DNA of 64,000 bases from Candidatus Thalassarchaeaceae archaeon (GCA_030747485.1 JASLKP010000004.1:5244-69243), one strand, 5' to 3'. Numbered from the stretch's first letter, positions 45,921 to 56,303 are shown. The notes: generated from the sequence alone by a model not told the origin. Numbers and translations are program-made.

Positions 45921-47081
45921 ATGCGCCGTTCACTCGTCTTGCTCTGTGCCGGCTTGATGCTGGCCACAACCTTGGCTGGTTGCTTGGAAACCATCTCAAG
46001 TAATGCAGCACCAACTGTGACGATAACCATCAGTCCATCCGGAACAAACAAGGTTGGAGATGAAATCACATTCGATGCGACAGGTTCGTCAGACCCTAAC
46101 GGGGACCCTCTAACTTATGAGTGGTCCTTTGGAGATGGAAATACGAAGAAGGGTATGACTGTCAAACATACATACAATACAGCAGATGAATATACCGTAA
46201 AACTCGAAGTGAGTGACGGTGACCTCACTTCATCAGACACCAAATCCCTCATCATTGCTTCAGCAAATGCTGCACTTCCTACTGCCGACATCACTCACTA
46301 CAAGGATGATGATTGCGAAGGAGATGATGATTCATCTTCGTCACAATACATCTTGGCATGGATTTGTGAGGATGATTTGGATACCTCAGATGATATGATT
46401 GATGCCAAGACAACCATCTATCTGGATGCTTCAGAATCATCTGCTGGCGATCCAAGCAGTTATTTGACCAAATACGAATGGGATCTCAATATCAATGTAG
46501 ATAGTGACTCAGACGGCGATCCTGAAAATGATGTTGACATTGAAGGTGAAGAACCCGAATGGCTCAATGTTGTTCCAGGTGAGTACGAAATCAAACTCAC
46601 TGTTACTGACAACAATGGATTTACTGCAACAGATGAAATTGATGTCTTTGTCAATTACCGTGGTTCATGGGCCGAGTTCACAATAGATGGCAATGGGACA
46701 TCAGGACCCGCTGTTGTCACCTTTGGATTCCCTGTTGGTTACGACCAAGACACTGGAAACACAATGCGTTACGTGAAGATACAGGTAACATATCCGATTG
46801 AGGACGACGATTGGGTTGTAGGAAGTGGCAATAACCGATTAGATGCGTATGTATTCAATGAAACAGATGAAGAATGTTCACCCAATTGCAATACATCCGC
46901 TTACGCAGATGGAGACCAAGCGTTTGGAGATTGTTCAGAAGATGATCGTTGTTTTGAGCAGCGTGTTACACCAAGTCACATGCGTAATTATTTGGAAGGT
47001 GATTGGACTGTCGACCTCGTGAATGAGAAATTCCAAGATACACTGGTGAAATCATTCGTCATTTTGCTTGAATACAAGTAA
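45921..47081 (+). CDS. Lipobox-bearing secreted protein with two PKD-like domains
   Basis: MRRSLVLLCAGLMLATTLAGCLE. PKD signatures are FDATGSSDPNGDPLTYEWSFGDG...YTVKLEVSDG and YEWDLN...YEIKLTVTDNNG. Confidence 0.8.
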   Translation: MRRSLVLLCAGLMLATTLAGCLETISSNAAPTVTITISPSGTNKVGDEITFDATGSSDPNGDPLTYEWSFGDGNTKKGMTVKHTYNTADEYTVKLEVSDGDLTSSDTKSLIIASANAALPTADITHYKDDDCEGDDDSSSSQYILAWICEDDLDTSDDMIDAKTTIYLDASESSAGDPSSYLTKYEWDLNINVDSDSDGDPENDVDIEGEEPEWLNVVPGEYEIKLTVTDNNGFTATDEIDVFVNYRGSWAEFTIDGNGTSGPAVVTFGFPVGYDQDTGNTMRYVKIQVTYPIEDDDWVVGSGNNRLDAYVFNETDEECSPNCNTSAYADGDQAFGDCSEDDRCFEQRVTPSHMRNYLEGDWTVDLVNEKFQDTLVKSFVILLEYK

Positions 47082-47160
47082 TCGTCAGACTACACAACTT
47101 AAATCGGCTCTCAGTAAGCCGAAAACGTACATTATTCAAATGTCATATTCAACAGATGCG

Positions 47161-47170
47161 TTCATAAAGG
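47161..47170 (+). promoter_or_regulatory. TATA-like box upstream of EF-1alpha
   Basis: TTCATAAAGG lies 40-49 nt before ATG 47210. A GGAGTGA Shine-Dalgarno-like element sits 7 nt before the ATG. Confidence 0.3.
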
Positions 47171-47209
47171 GATGTAGGGTCGGCGGGACGCCTCAAAGGA
47201 GTGAACCTC

Positions 47210-48499
47210 ATGGGATCAGAATGGGAAGACAAGAAGAAGCCGCATTTGAACATCGTATTCGTTGGTCACGTCGACCACGGTAAATCGACTACAGTAGGTC
47301 GTTTACTACTCGACACCGGCCATATCGAACAACACGTCATTGACGGCAACGAGAAATTAGCAGCAGAACAGGGTAAGGCTGGATTCGGTCTTGCTTACGT
47401 GATGGACGGACTGAAGGAAGAGCGCGAGCGTGGAATCACAATCGACGTTGCTCACAAGGAATTCTACACACCGAATTACTACTTCACAATCATCGACGCA
47501 CCAGGTCACCGTGACTTCGTGAAGAACATGATTACCGGTACCAGCCAAGCAGATGCAGCTGTACTCTGTGTTGCTGCAAACGATGGTGTCAACGCACAAA
47601 CCAAGGAACACGCGTTCCTTGCGCGCGTACTTGGTGTTAAGCAACTCATTGTCAATATCAACAAGATGGACATCTCTGGTGTCAGTTATTCTGAGGACAA
47701 GTACAACAGTGTCGTAGCAGAAGTTAGTGAACTATTGAAGATGGCAGGATTCAATCCTGCTGACGTACCAATGATTCCTTGCTCGTCATTCCTTGGTGAG
47801 AATTTGTATGTCAAGAGTGACAACATGTCATGGTACAGTGGTCCAACTCTCTTTGAATGCATTGACGGCATCCAGATGCCACCAAAGCCAACAGATCGCC
47901 CACTACGTCTTCCAATCCAAGACGTGTACAAGATCAGCGGTATCGGAACGGTACCAGTTGGTAAGGTAGAGACTGGTATCCTACATTCAGGCAAGACGGT
48001 TGTTTTCAACCCAAGCCAGAAGTCTGCTGAAGTCAAGAGCATCGAGATGCACCACACGATTCACGCTAAGGCTGAACCTGGTGACAACGTCGGATTCAAC
48101 GTACGAGGTCTAGCTGCTACAGATATCCGCCGTGGTGACATTGCAGGATACGCAGACAACGAGCCAATGTTCGTTCGTCACGACGAAACTTTCGTTGGTC
48201 AAATTCAGTTGATGGACATCCCGAAGGCAGTTGCTGCTGGTTACACTCCTGTGTTCCACGCACATACTGCTCAGGTCGCTGTTCGATTCGTAGAATTGTT
48301 GGAGAAGCAATCCAAGGCTGGCAAGGAAGCAAACCCTGCTTTCCTAGTCACTGGTGATGCATGTTTGGTTCGCTTTATGCCTACCAAGCCAATGGCAATC
48401 GAGCAGATGGATGCCTTCCCTGAATTGTCCCGCTTCGCAATCCGCGATATGGGCAAGACAGTCGCTGCAGGCGTCTGCATGAAGATTGAGAAGAAGTGA
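47210..48499 (+). CDS. tuf: Translation elongation factor EF-1alpha
   Basis: HLNIVFVGHVDHGKST (G1), DAPGHRDF (G3) and NKMD (G4). Its length and its adjacency to rps10 are conserved in archaea. Confidence 0.96.
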   Translation: MGSEWEDKKKPHLNIVFVGHVDHGKSTTVGRLLLDTGHIEQHVIDGNEKLAAEQGKAGFGLAYVMDGLKEERERGITIDVAHKEFYTPNYYFTIIDAPGHRDFVKNMITGTSQADAAVLCVAANDGVNAQTKEHAFLARVLGVKQLIVNINKMDISGVSYSEDKYNSVVAEVSELLKMAGFNPADVPMIPCSSFLGENLYVKSDNMSWYSGPTLFECIDGIQMPPKPTDRPLRLPIQDVYKISGIGTVPVGKVETGILHSGKTVVFNPSQKSAEVKSIEMHHTIHAKAEPGDNVGFNVRGLAATDIRRGDIAGYADNEPMFVRHDETFVGQIQLMDIPKAVAAGYTPVFHAHTAQVAVRFVELLEKQSKAGKEANPAFLVTGDACLVRFMPTKPMAIEQMDAFPELSRFAIRDMGKTVAAGVCMKIEKK

Positions 48500-48534
48500 G
48501 TTTTTACTCTCAGAATCAACATACATGTAGAGGA

Positions 48535-48870
48535 ATGCAAATGCCAGTGGTTACTACCATCAAATTGACCGGTGAGAACCACTTAGACATTGATGACGTA
48601 TGTTCACGCATTCGTAACATCAGCGAGACTACGGGTGTTGCCCTTCGTGGACCCATTCCCCTACCAACACGTCGCTTGGTCGTTCCATGCCGTAAGGCAC
48701 CTGACGGCGAAGGAAGTGAGACGTGGGATCATTGGGAAATGCGCATTCACAAGAGACTGCTTGAACTTGTGACAAATACGGCCAAGGATGAAACTGCCCT
48801 GCGCCAAGTCTTGAGAATTCCAATTCCAGACACTGTCACAATTGAACTCAGTCTGCGAAACGTCGCTTGA
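48535..48870 (+). CDS. rps10: 30S ribosomal protein S10
   Basis: IKLTGENHLDIDDVCSRIRNISETTGVALRGPIPLPTRRL. The start is ATG 48535 or 48541 (GAGG lies upstream). Confidence 0.92.
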   Translation: MQMPVVTTIKLTGENHLDIDDVCSRIRNISETTGVALRGPIPLPTRRLVVPCRKAPDGEGSETWDHWEMRIHKRLLELVTNTAKDETALRQVLRIPIPDTVTIELSLRNVA

Positions 48871-48878
48871 GTTCAAAC

Positions 48879-49796
48879 TCAAAGTTCAGCGTTTTCGGCT
48901 AATCCGGCAGTAATCAGAGTTTCTGCAAAGTCAGCGCTCCAGTTGTGGACGTCACCTTCAAAGAGTTCAATTTCGTTTCCGTTCTCATCAATGATTGGTT
49001 CAGTTGAATCTTGCAGGATTCTAATTCTCAACATTTCTTGAGGTTCTGATTCTGTTGAAACATCTTCCACAATGCTATTTTCAACCAATGGTGTCACTTG
49101 AATTTCAATTTCAACAGGAACATGGTCATCGATTTCGGGATACCCTTCAATCAAAGCGATTCGGTCTTCTTCATCGAAGTCTGGGTCTTCCCAAACTTCC
49201 TCATTTTGTATCACTTCTACTTTGGGTGGTGGTTGCCCAGTGATGCCACCAGGCTCCTCGACATATGCATCGAGTTGTGCGTTACCTGCTGGAGTCATCG
49301 GTTGCCCAATTTCAGATCCCAAAATACCTTGTTGCAGGACGTCCCATGAGATGTTCTGCTTGTATTGATCAATTAATTCAGAAACTCCAGAATGGAATGC
49401 TCGTTCTGCTCCATTGTGTCGCTGCCAGTCAATTGGTGAATTCTTTTTATGGTCAGGGGAGGCATCACTAAACGGCGTACTTGAAAGGCTAGATAATGCG
49501 GCATGATTAACAAATGCCGACAATCGATGTCTGGTCAAATCGGCGATTGCATGTCGAAGGTTTGCTTGACGCCTCGAAAGTGTCTGAGCTCGTACGGACC
49601 ATCCCTCACTTCGTCCGATTTCAGCAAGTTCAATTTCGATTGATTGTAATAATTCTGAACAAACTTGCCAAAAATCAGGTCGTGGCAAGTCGACTGGAAC
49701 TGCTCGTTTGGATTGTTGACGTAGCATGGCGTGCAATTGAGATTCGATTGCGGCTAGTTGAACTCCTTCGAGTTTCTCGTTCGTTTGGCCTGCCAA
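48879..49796 (-). CDS. GINS51(Sld5/Psf1)-like replication protein with long acidic internal insertion
   Basis: The A-domain-like helices include LPRPDFWQVCSELLQSIE...DLTRHRLSAFVNHA. The B-domain-like C-terminus is MLRIRILQDSTEPIIDENGNEIELFEGDVHNWSADFAETLITAGLAE (pattern L..GDV...P...A..LI..G.A). Confidence 0.5.
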   Translation of the reverse strand: MAGQTNEKLEGVQLAAIESQLHAMLRQQSKRAVPVDLPRPDFWQVCSELLQSIEIELAEIGRSEGWSVRAQTLSRRQANLRHAIADLTRHRLSAFVNHAALSSLSSTPFSDASPDHKKNSPIDWQRHNGAERAFHSGVSELIDQYKQNISWDVLQQGILGSEIGQPMTPAGNAQLDAYVEEPGGITGQPPPKVEVIQNEEVWEDPDFDEEDRIALIEGYPEIDDHVPVEIEIQVTPLVENSIVEDVSTESEPQEMLRIRILQDSTEPIIDENGNEIELFEGDVHNWSADFAETLITAGLAENAEL

Positions 49797-49853
49797 TTCA
49801 ATCCCCCGCTCCCGGTTGTGGTTCGGGACGGTTCTTGAACCAATCCTCCAATT

Positions 49854-49870
49854 GTCGCCCGTAGGGCGAC
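49854..49870. promoter_or_regulatory. Perfect GC hairpin with GTA loop in a divergent intergenic region
   Basis: GTCGCCC-GTA-GGGCGAC is a 7-bp perfect stem. It lies 58 nt from the minus-strand start at 49796 and 64 nt from ATG 49934. Confidence 0.35.
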
Positions 49871-49933
49871 GAATCGAACAAGCGGCGTGTTCAAACCGAG
49901 TGCAGAGAGTGGCGTACCCCCGGAGGCGTAGAC

Positions 49934-52900
49934 ATGCGTAGAGTGTTCCTTCTCGTATTCCTCATGCTGTCTGCCCCATTGGTACCTCTCACGAATGCAG
50001 ATTACAGTCCGTATTCGGGACCTTATCGAATGATTGTGACTCCCAGTGGTGATGGTACGTTGGTCAATCTGACTGATACTTCATTTGAAGTACCTGCTAA
50101 TGCTACAATTCTAGATGCTTGGGTGAATGTATCCACAGATGCAAATGGTGATGGGTGGACGGGTCAACATTGGGTAGCCAATTCTCCAGCAAGAAACTTC
50201 TCAACAGGTACATTGAATCAAACATCATTGGATGTATTTGATCATGAAATCACTCTTGGTGTAAATCAGAGTGTAGGTCGAATCGATGATCTTGAAACAT
50301 TATCCTTGAGATTTCAACATTACACTCCCAATGACGCCGCTAACATTTGGCGCATGGCCAATGCTAGCCAATTTAACGGTCCCTTTGCAATGAATTACTC
50401 CGCTAGACAGGCCGCTGGGGGCCTCATACCATCGTTGGCTACTGATGGGTGGTTAGTAGCCGCAACTTTGCCAGAGGATCCATTGCCAGCGGGAACTCAT
50501 GCTTGGCTAACATCAGATGCTACTCCGATTCCTAGCCGTTCAAATGAATGGCGAATTTCATTCAATCATTGGTATCATCTGCACGCTGTCAATAGTAGTA
50601 CTGGCAGTAGTGGTGCGTGGTTAGAGATATCTCTGGATGCAGGCTCTACGTGGACCTACGTCGAACCAATTGGTGGATATGATTGGAATGTTTCCACCTT
50701 GGCACCGGTTCCAAATGGGGCTCAGGGTGCGGGATTCGGTGTATTCGGTGGTCACAATGCGAGTGGTTGGGTTAATTCGACCTTCGATATATCCCATCTC
50801 AATACAACCAATGCGACATCAATGATGCACCGGTTTGTTGTGTGGACAGATCCCACTGGACAGGTTGATCGCCCAGGATGGTATCTTGATGAAGTCACAA
50901 TTTCGAACAGAGGTGATACTCCAGGTTCGTGGTTCCATGGTTCATTGACTGGCGAATATGCTGGAGATGCCCATTCATATCTTGTCATTCCATTAGAAAT
51001 GGACATGAATGGTACCAGTGGTGCTTGGATGCTACGCTACTGGTCTGATTTTGATTTAGAGGGTGGATCTTGGGACAATTATCACGTTCAGATATCAAGT
51101 GACAATCTTTCTTACCACCGTTTGTCTCCCGCAGGTGGCATCCCCGGTCCCTATGGTTTGACAATTGGAACGCAAACAATCATGGAAGATTCTCAAGGAT
51201 GGGTTGAGATTGCCCATCCATTCCCATCATCGTTTACTGTTCCAAGCAATGGTAGTGTGTACATTAGGTTTGAAGTTGAGACAGATATCATGCCCTCATC
51301 TGGTTATGGCAATGTTTTGGATGCTCCCGAGGGGGTATTCATTGATGACTTGAGTATCACTCAGACTGTCAATGGTCAAACGTTTACTCGATGGTCTGAG
51401 AACCTAACTTCTGAAGCCAATGCAACACACAATTTAGCCGCCGGTGGGTCATATGATCAATGGCAACATTTGACGAATTGGGGTAACAATGGTCCATGGG
51501 AGTCAGCTTGGTCCTTTGAGGGTGCTCCACCCATTGCCGATGGTTGGTTAATCCATACTGATTATGGACAACGTTGGGCCTTCGGCGAAGTTTCAAATTC
51601 TAGTGGATGGGGTCCTGGGGCTTGGCCCAGTGGAAATACTGGAGTTGCCATGGGTTTAACCAACCGTCATAGTCCTACAACCTGGACTCATCTGATTAGT
51701 CCAACTTACCATATTCCACACGGCGCCAGTGCACGAATTGCATTTGACCACTTCATTTGTACTGAATCGGGTTGGGATGGTGGTGCACTGTATACTAGTG
51801 TGGATAATGGGACCTCATGGCAACACTTCGGTGCAAACATTCCAGACTTTTATGATCAGCAACACTACAACAACTACCAATCTCCATTCTATGGCCAATG
51901 GGCATGGGATGGTTCGACCAAGAAGGGTGGTTGTCAAACGAACAAAACATTTGAGCACATGGAGGCTGACATCAGCAGTTTTGGTGGCCAAGATGTCATG
52001 TTGCGCTTCTCGTTTTTCTCTGACACCTTCATTGAGATGGATGGGTGGTATATCGATCAAGTTGGAATTGTTGTTGATTGGTTTGAATCAGAAGGGACAT
52101 GGACCAGTGAATTGATGACTGGAAATGAATTTGGATTTGCACCCACCTTTGATATCGATGCCAGTATACCAGTGGGTACGTGGATTACTACGTCAATTAT
52201 GGATTCAACTGGTACATCATTGCAAGAAGGGGAGCATACTGCTGAGAATGTTACATTCCCCGTACTTTTCGATGGAGATTATTATCGGATTCAATTGCGA
52301 TTTGGTACGAATGATCACGAATTAACTCCGCGTGTCCATGGATTACATCAAGGTGCAATTCGAATCCTCAATTCTGCTGATGGGACCAATGGATGGGAAT
52401 TACCAAATCCAGTTGTCCAAGACAGACTTGATGGTAATGTCACAAATCCAACATTGCTTACTCAGCGTATTGAAGGATCGGCCGCATATGGTGATGCACC
52501 CCTTGAGGCAATCACCATTGTTGCTGAGGCCGCCGGTGCGTTGTTTGAAATTCGAGACGGCCAAGGTGCGATTATTGCGAGTGGTTCATTGTCAAATAGG
52601 ACCATTCAGTTGCCGTATTCTGCGGTAAACATTCGTCCAATAATCGATTTACAGCCGGGTGGTTGGGTCCGCCATGCATCGTTTACTGGTCATCTGGGAT
52701 TGCCAATGAATAATGGTACACTGGATATCGGTGGAGATGGAATAATCGATTGGACTTGGGAGTACGAAACGGATGGTGCCTTCGGTTGGTATGATGGAAG
52801 TCATCAACAAAATCAACCCTCTCAACCACAATGGGGTTCTCCTGGAACAATGCTTGACCAGGGCATGGCTCTGAGTGCCTCTGCTGACATCACATGGACT

Positions 52901-55900
52901 TGGGCAAATGGAATTCATGATTCGATGGATGCAGGGGAACTTCGGATTCTAGAATATCCTTGGACAACAATCCAAAATCAATCTGAACCCTCTGATTTCT
53001 CATTCAGTCCTCTTGCAATTTCATGGGAATCTACAATCTCAATTTCAGACTTGGGTCCTGCACTCCGAGATATTCAGGCATCTGCAATCAATGGAACGGG
53101 CCCGGCTCAGATTATTTCAGGCGATGTCCATATTCCATTAACTCTCAGTGCTGATCAGGGTGGTGTCCAATTATCTGGCGGAATTACACATGCTCAACGC
53201 ATTGTGAATGAAGTCATTTCAGTTCCTTCCGGAACCATGGTGCCTGATCAAAATGTTACAATCATTACCGAACACTCACATTTGTTTGACATATCATTAC
53301 TAGATGCAATTGATTTGCGAATGCAAACCACAGGAGGTAATCATCTTGAGATGAGAGTGGAAGACATTTGGGGGACACCAGTGCACCAACAAATGACTGG
53401 TCACAGTGAAATGGAATTAATTGATGCTAACATCACATTGGTCGATGCAGACAGCATTCGAGTTGAATGGTATTTGAGAACACAATGGACATTTGATGAT
53501 CAGGATTCGATACGAATTCTCGCAGAAGCGGTCGAATCAAATGGGTTCACTCTTGGGCCGGCACATGCATTCATTGGGGGCTCGAATCATCAAGCCATGG
53601 AGAATGATTTGGAAGTAGTTTCTTGGGAAGTACGAGATTCAACCGGCCGATTACTATCCAATACATGGGATGCTAGATACCCATTCCATGCTGCTGTAGG
53701 TACAGCTATTGATGTCACAGGTATTGTGAGATTTGAAGGACAGAGTGGCATTCATCCTGAAATTGATGCTTTCCGCGTGGCTCTAGAGGTCGAGGATTCA
53801 AATGGTACATCTCAAGCAATTGGGATGAGTACCACCAATGGTGGCTGGTCGGCCAGCATCGAATTACCAACATCCTCTGGGAACGTGACAGTATCTCCAT
53901 GGATTGTAAACATCGGTCCACCGGGTGTATCTGTGCATGGAGCAGAAGATGCAAGTGGTGGCACGATTTCTGTTGAGATTCGCTTAGATTCAGAAGCACC
54001 TACACTAGGTCCTTTGATGATTCATACTCCAGATGGGGGTCGACAAGCGAATGGTAACGTATTGTCTCCAAATCAAATATTGCCACTATGGGTCGAGGTA
54101 CATGATGATGAATTATTGTTGAGTTTTATCGATTTGCGTTGTTGGCTAGAAGCATTCGATGATATCGATGGTGATGGAGTTCCTGATGAGAGTGAATATG
54201 GGGTGTCTTCGCAATTCATAGGGGGGATTCCACGTGGAACTTTCAGAGTAGATTTCCCTGCCATTAATCTTCAAGGAATGGATGAGGATGATCGAGTCTC
54301 ATGTTACATCGAAGGCGGTGATTTTGCAGGATTCGATTTTATCGGAGGTGGTGGCCCTGGCTTTGAATCTGATTTAGCAACGATGACGATTCAAACGCAA
54401 TCACCAACACAGATATCGTTAGCATCAATTGACCTAAATCGACACGATGACATCTCATTATTGCAGGGAATACGTCACACATTCTCATTCTCTTTAATCG
54501 ATTCAAACGGTTTAGAATCCATTGATCATATCGAATTAACTTTGACCGGTGATGAGCAAGGAATGTTGTATTATGATCCATTAACTGGCGATTTTTCTTC
54601 TCCAGAAAGTAGCCATATTGTCCCACTGGAGGTGAGAATTGATGACATGGGCAGTCATGCATATGCTCTTGAATTTGATTTCGCCATTGATTTGTCAGCT
54701 CCATCATCATGGCAACAGGGTACATGGTTACCTGATCTAATCATCACTGAAGATGGTGAAATTGTTTCAACATCTACACTAAACCTTGAGCATCTATCTT
54801 GGGCTTTAGATCACCGTTTGATGTGGGTCGTGGATGATGCAATTGATTTGACCGCACCTGCAATGCCGATGTATGCTGGTCGATTGAATCTACAGCCGGG
54901 AGATTCAATGACAATGTCAGCATCTATTCTTCATCGTGAAACAGGTCAACTATTGGATATCGTCCTCCAGATGGATACCATGGCTAGCATCTCAATCGAA
55001 GGCGGAACTCAGGATGTTTGGACGAACGTTTCAATGAATGGAAACGGATTCAATACTCAATTTGAGATGAATGAACAGACTTGGCCTGGACCAACTGCAA
55101 CAATCGTTGCAAACTTACAGAATATCCTATACTTGAATACGAGTTTACCACCTCTCTCCTTTGAAGTTGCAATTGATAATGTGGCACCACAGGTGGAATT
55201 CCAAACCACTAGCCTCATTCAGTTACAATCGAATCATCTCACAAATCAATTGGTATCATTTTCAGTCGAAGATGCAGGTGGAATGGGCGAAGAGGTACTA
55301 GAATTACATTGGACATATCGTCGCTTTGGCGTGGATATACCTGGTACTCAAGCATCCACTGAGATGACTTTAGGTGCACATTCAGGGGGGCAATGGTTGT
55401 ATTCTGATTATGTTGATTTGAGGCCCTCCGTTGGATTAGAACCAGGGGATGCAATACTTGTTTGGGTTGAAGGAAGCGACCTAGCAGGCAATCATCTTGA
55501 AGGCCCAGGTACAGAGGATTCCCCCAGGGCTCCTGCATTGGAGGTTATGCATTTCTCTCCGGGTCTTGTTTCAATTTGGGTGGAACCATTACGGCCAGAA
55601 GTTGGCGATATTGTTAGGGTAGATACACGAATCACAAATTTAGGAAATTTAGAGGGTAGTATTGACATCGGTCTGTGGGCATGGGAGCCACAAACAAATG
55701 GGCCGGATCAACGAATTCGCCTCAATGACCGGAATTTCACATTGAATCCAAGCGAATCGGTGTTGGTTATCTTTGAATTTGAAGCCTGGAGAGAAGGTGA
55801 TCTGCAAGTATATCTCGTATTGAATGAGGATGAAGACACAAAGCAATCAGTCAATGTTCCTCCAATACGTGAGCAAGGTGCTAGTCAATCATTCATGCAA

Positions 55901-56134
55901 CAAGTGTTTGGAGATGGCCCCATCATCATTGGTTTAGTGATGATATTTTTCACAGGATTGGGATTCGTAGGTGCAATACTTTGGATTGGGCGAAACGAGG
56001 ATGATGAGTGGGAAGATGAGGATGAAATCATCGATGATGGGGATGATTGGCCAGATCCTCCTCCTATGTTCCCTGATGAATCGCCCCCTCCTGTTCCGAA
56101 GGACCTTCTCGATATTTCAGAAGAGGAAGAATGA
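49934..56134 (+). CDS. Giant (2066 aa) secreted surface protein with C-terminal TM anchor and acidic cytoplasmic tail
   Basis: GGAGG lies 7 nt before the ATG. Signal peptide MRRVFLLVFLMLSAPLVPLTNA. There are dozens of NxS/T sequons and three N-terminal modules ending in GWYLDEV, GVFIDDL and GWYIDQV. TM helix IIIGLVMIFFTGLGFVGAILWI. The tail ends DISEEEE. Confidence 0.85.
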   Translation: MRRVFLLVFLMLSAPLVPLTNADYSPYSGPYRMIVTPSGDGTLVNLTDTSFEVPANATILDAWVNVSTDANGDGWTGQHWVANSPARNFSTGTLNQTSLDVFDHEITLGVNQSVGRIDDLETLSLRFQHYTPNDAANIWRMANASQFNGPFAMNYSARQAAGGLIPSLATDGWLVAATLPEDPLPAGTHAWLTSDATPIPSRSNEWRISFNHWYHLHAVNSSTGSSGAWLEISLDAGSTWTYVEPIGGYDWNVSTLAPVPNGAQGAGFGVFGGHNASGWVNSTFDISHLNTTNATSMMHRFVVWTDPTGQVDRPGWYLDEVTISNRGDTPGSWFHGSLTGEYAGDAHSYLVIPLEMDMNGTSGAWMLRYWSDFDLEGGSWDNYHVQISSDNLSYHRLSPAGGIPGPYGLTIGTQTIMEDSQGWVEIAHPFPSSFTVPSNGSVYIRFEVETDIMPSSGYGNVLDAPEGVFIDDLSITQTVNGQTFTRWSENLTSEANATHNLAAGGSYDQWQHLTNWGNNGPWESAWSFEGAPPIADGWLIHTDYGQRWAFGEVSNSSGWGPGAWPSGNTGVAMGLTNRHSPTTWTHLISPTYHIPHGASARIAFDHFICTESGWDGGALYTSVDNGTSWQHFGANIPDFYDQQHYNNYQSPFYGQWAWDGSTKKGGCQTNKTFEHMEADISSFGGQDVMLRFSFFSDTFIEMDGWYIDQVGIVVDWFESEGTWTSELMTGNEFGFAPTFDIDASIPVGTWITTSIMDSTGTSLQEGEHTAENVTFPVLFDGDYYRIQLRFGTNDHELTPRVHGLHQGAIRILNSADGTNGWELPNPVVQDRLDGNVTNPTLLTQRIEGSAAYGDAPLEAITIVAEAAGALFEIRDGQGAIIASGSLSNRTIQLPYSAVNIRPIIDLQPGGWVRHASFTGHLGLPMNNGTLDIGGDGIIDWTWEYETDGAFGWYDGSHQQNQPSQPQWGSPGTMLDQGMALSASADITWTWANGIHDSMDAGELRILEYPWTTIQNQSEPSDFSFSPLAISWESTISISDLGPALRDIQASAINGTGPAQIISGDVHIPLTLSADQGGVQLSGGITHAQRIVNEVISVPSGTMVPDQNVTIITEHSHLFDISLLDAIDLRMQTTGGNHLEMRVEDIWGTPVHQQMTGHSEMELIDANITLVDADSIRVEWYLRTQWTFDDQDSIRILAEAVESNGFTLGPAHAFIGGSNHQAMENDLEVVSWEVRDSTGRLLSNTWDARYPFHAAVGTAIDVTGIVRFEGQSGIHPEIDAFRVALEVEDSNGTSQAIGMSTTNGGWSASIELPTSSGNVTVSPWIVNIGPPGVSVHGAEDASGGTISVEIRLDSEAPTLGPLMIHTPDGGRQANGNVLSPNQILPLWVEVHDDELLLSFIDLRCWLEAFDDIDGDGVPDESEYGVSSQFIGGIPRGTFRVDFPAINLQGMDEDDRVSCYIEGGDFAGFDFIGGGGPGFESDLATMTIQTQSPTQISLASIDLNRHDDISLLQGIRHTFSFSLIDSNGLESIDHIELTLTGDEQGMLYYDPLTGDFSSPESSHIVPLEVRIDDMGSHAYALEFDFAIDLSAPSSWQQGTWLPDLIITEDGEIVSTSTLNLEHLSWALDHRLMWVVDDAIDLTAPAMPMYAGRLNLQPGDSMTMSASILHRETGQLLDIVLQMDTMASISIEGGTQDVWTNVSMNGNGFNTQFEMNEQTWPGPTATIVANLQNILYLNTSLPPLSFEVAIDNVAPQVEFQTTSLIQLQSNHLTNQLVSFSVEDAGGMGEEVLELHWTYRRFGVDIPGTQASTEMTLGAHSGGQWLYSDYVDLRPSVGLEPGDAILVWVEGSDLAGNHLEGPGTEDSPRAPALEVMHFSPGLVSIWVEPLRPEVGDIVRVDTRITNLGNLEGSIDIGLWAWEPQTNGPDQRIRLNDRNFTLNPSESVLVIFEFEAWREGDLQVYLVLNEDEDTKQSVNVPPIREQGASQSFMQQVFGDGPIIIGLVMIFFTGLGFVGAILWIGRNEDDEWEDEDEIIDDGDDWPDPPPMFPDESPPPVPKDLLDISEEEE

Positions 56135-56162
56135 ACACTACCTTTTGTTTGGGACGAATCCC

Positions 56163-56247
56163 GCAGGGGTTCCCGAGTGGTCAAAGGGGGCGGACTCAAG
56201 ATCCGCTGCTGAGCGCTTCGCAGGTTCGAATCCTGCCCCCTGCACCA
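56163..56247 (+). tRNA. tRNA-Leu (anticodon CAA), CCA encoded
   Basis: 85 nt: acceptor GCAGGGG/CCCCTGC, anticodon stem GCGGA/TCCGC with loop CUCAAGA, long variable arm, T-arm GCAGG-TTCGAAT-CCTGC, and 3' ACCA. Confidence 0.9.
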
Positions 56248-56271
56248 ATTGAAAAATCGATTTTTCAATTG
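56246..56271. promoter_or_regulatory. 26-bp perfect palindrome (candidate terminator and/or operator)
   Basis: CAATTGAAAAATCGATTTTTCAATTG equals its own reverse complement. It overlaps the last 2 nt of the tRNA CCA, contains a T5 tract, and lies 106 nt upstream of the ATPase ATG. Confidence 0.5.
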
Positions 56272-56303
56272 AAAAATTAAAATCAATTACATGGGGTAAA
56301 ATT

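Noticed and set aside
56246-56271. The palindrome abutting tRNA-Leu might be an att site of an integrated element.
   Set aside because: No integrase lies nearby and I found no second copy of the tRNA 3' end downstream in the window. A terminator or operator role fits better.
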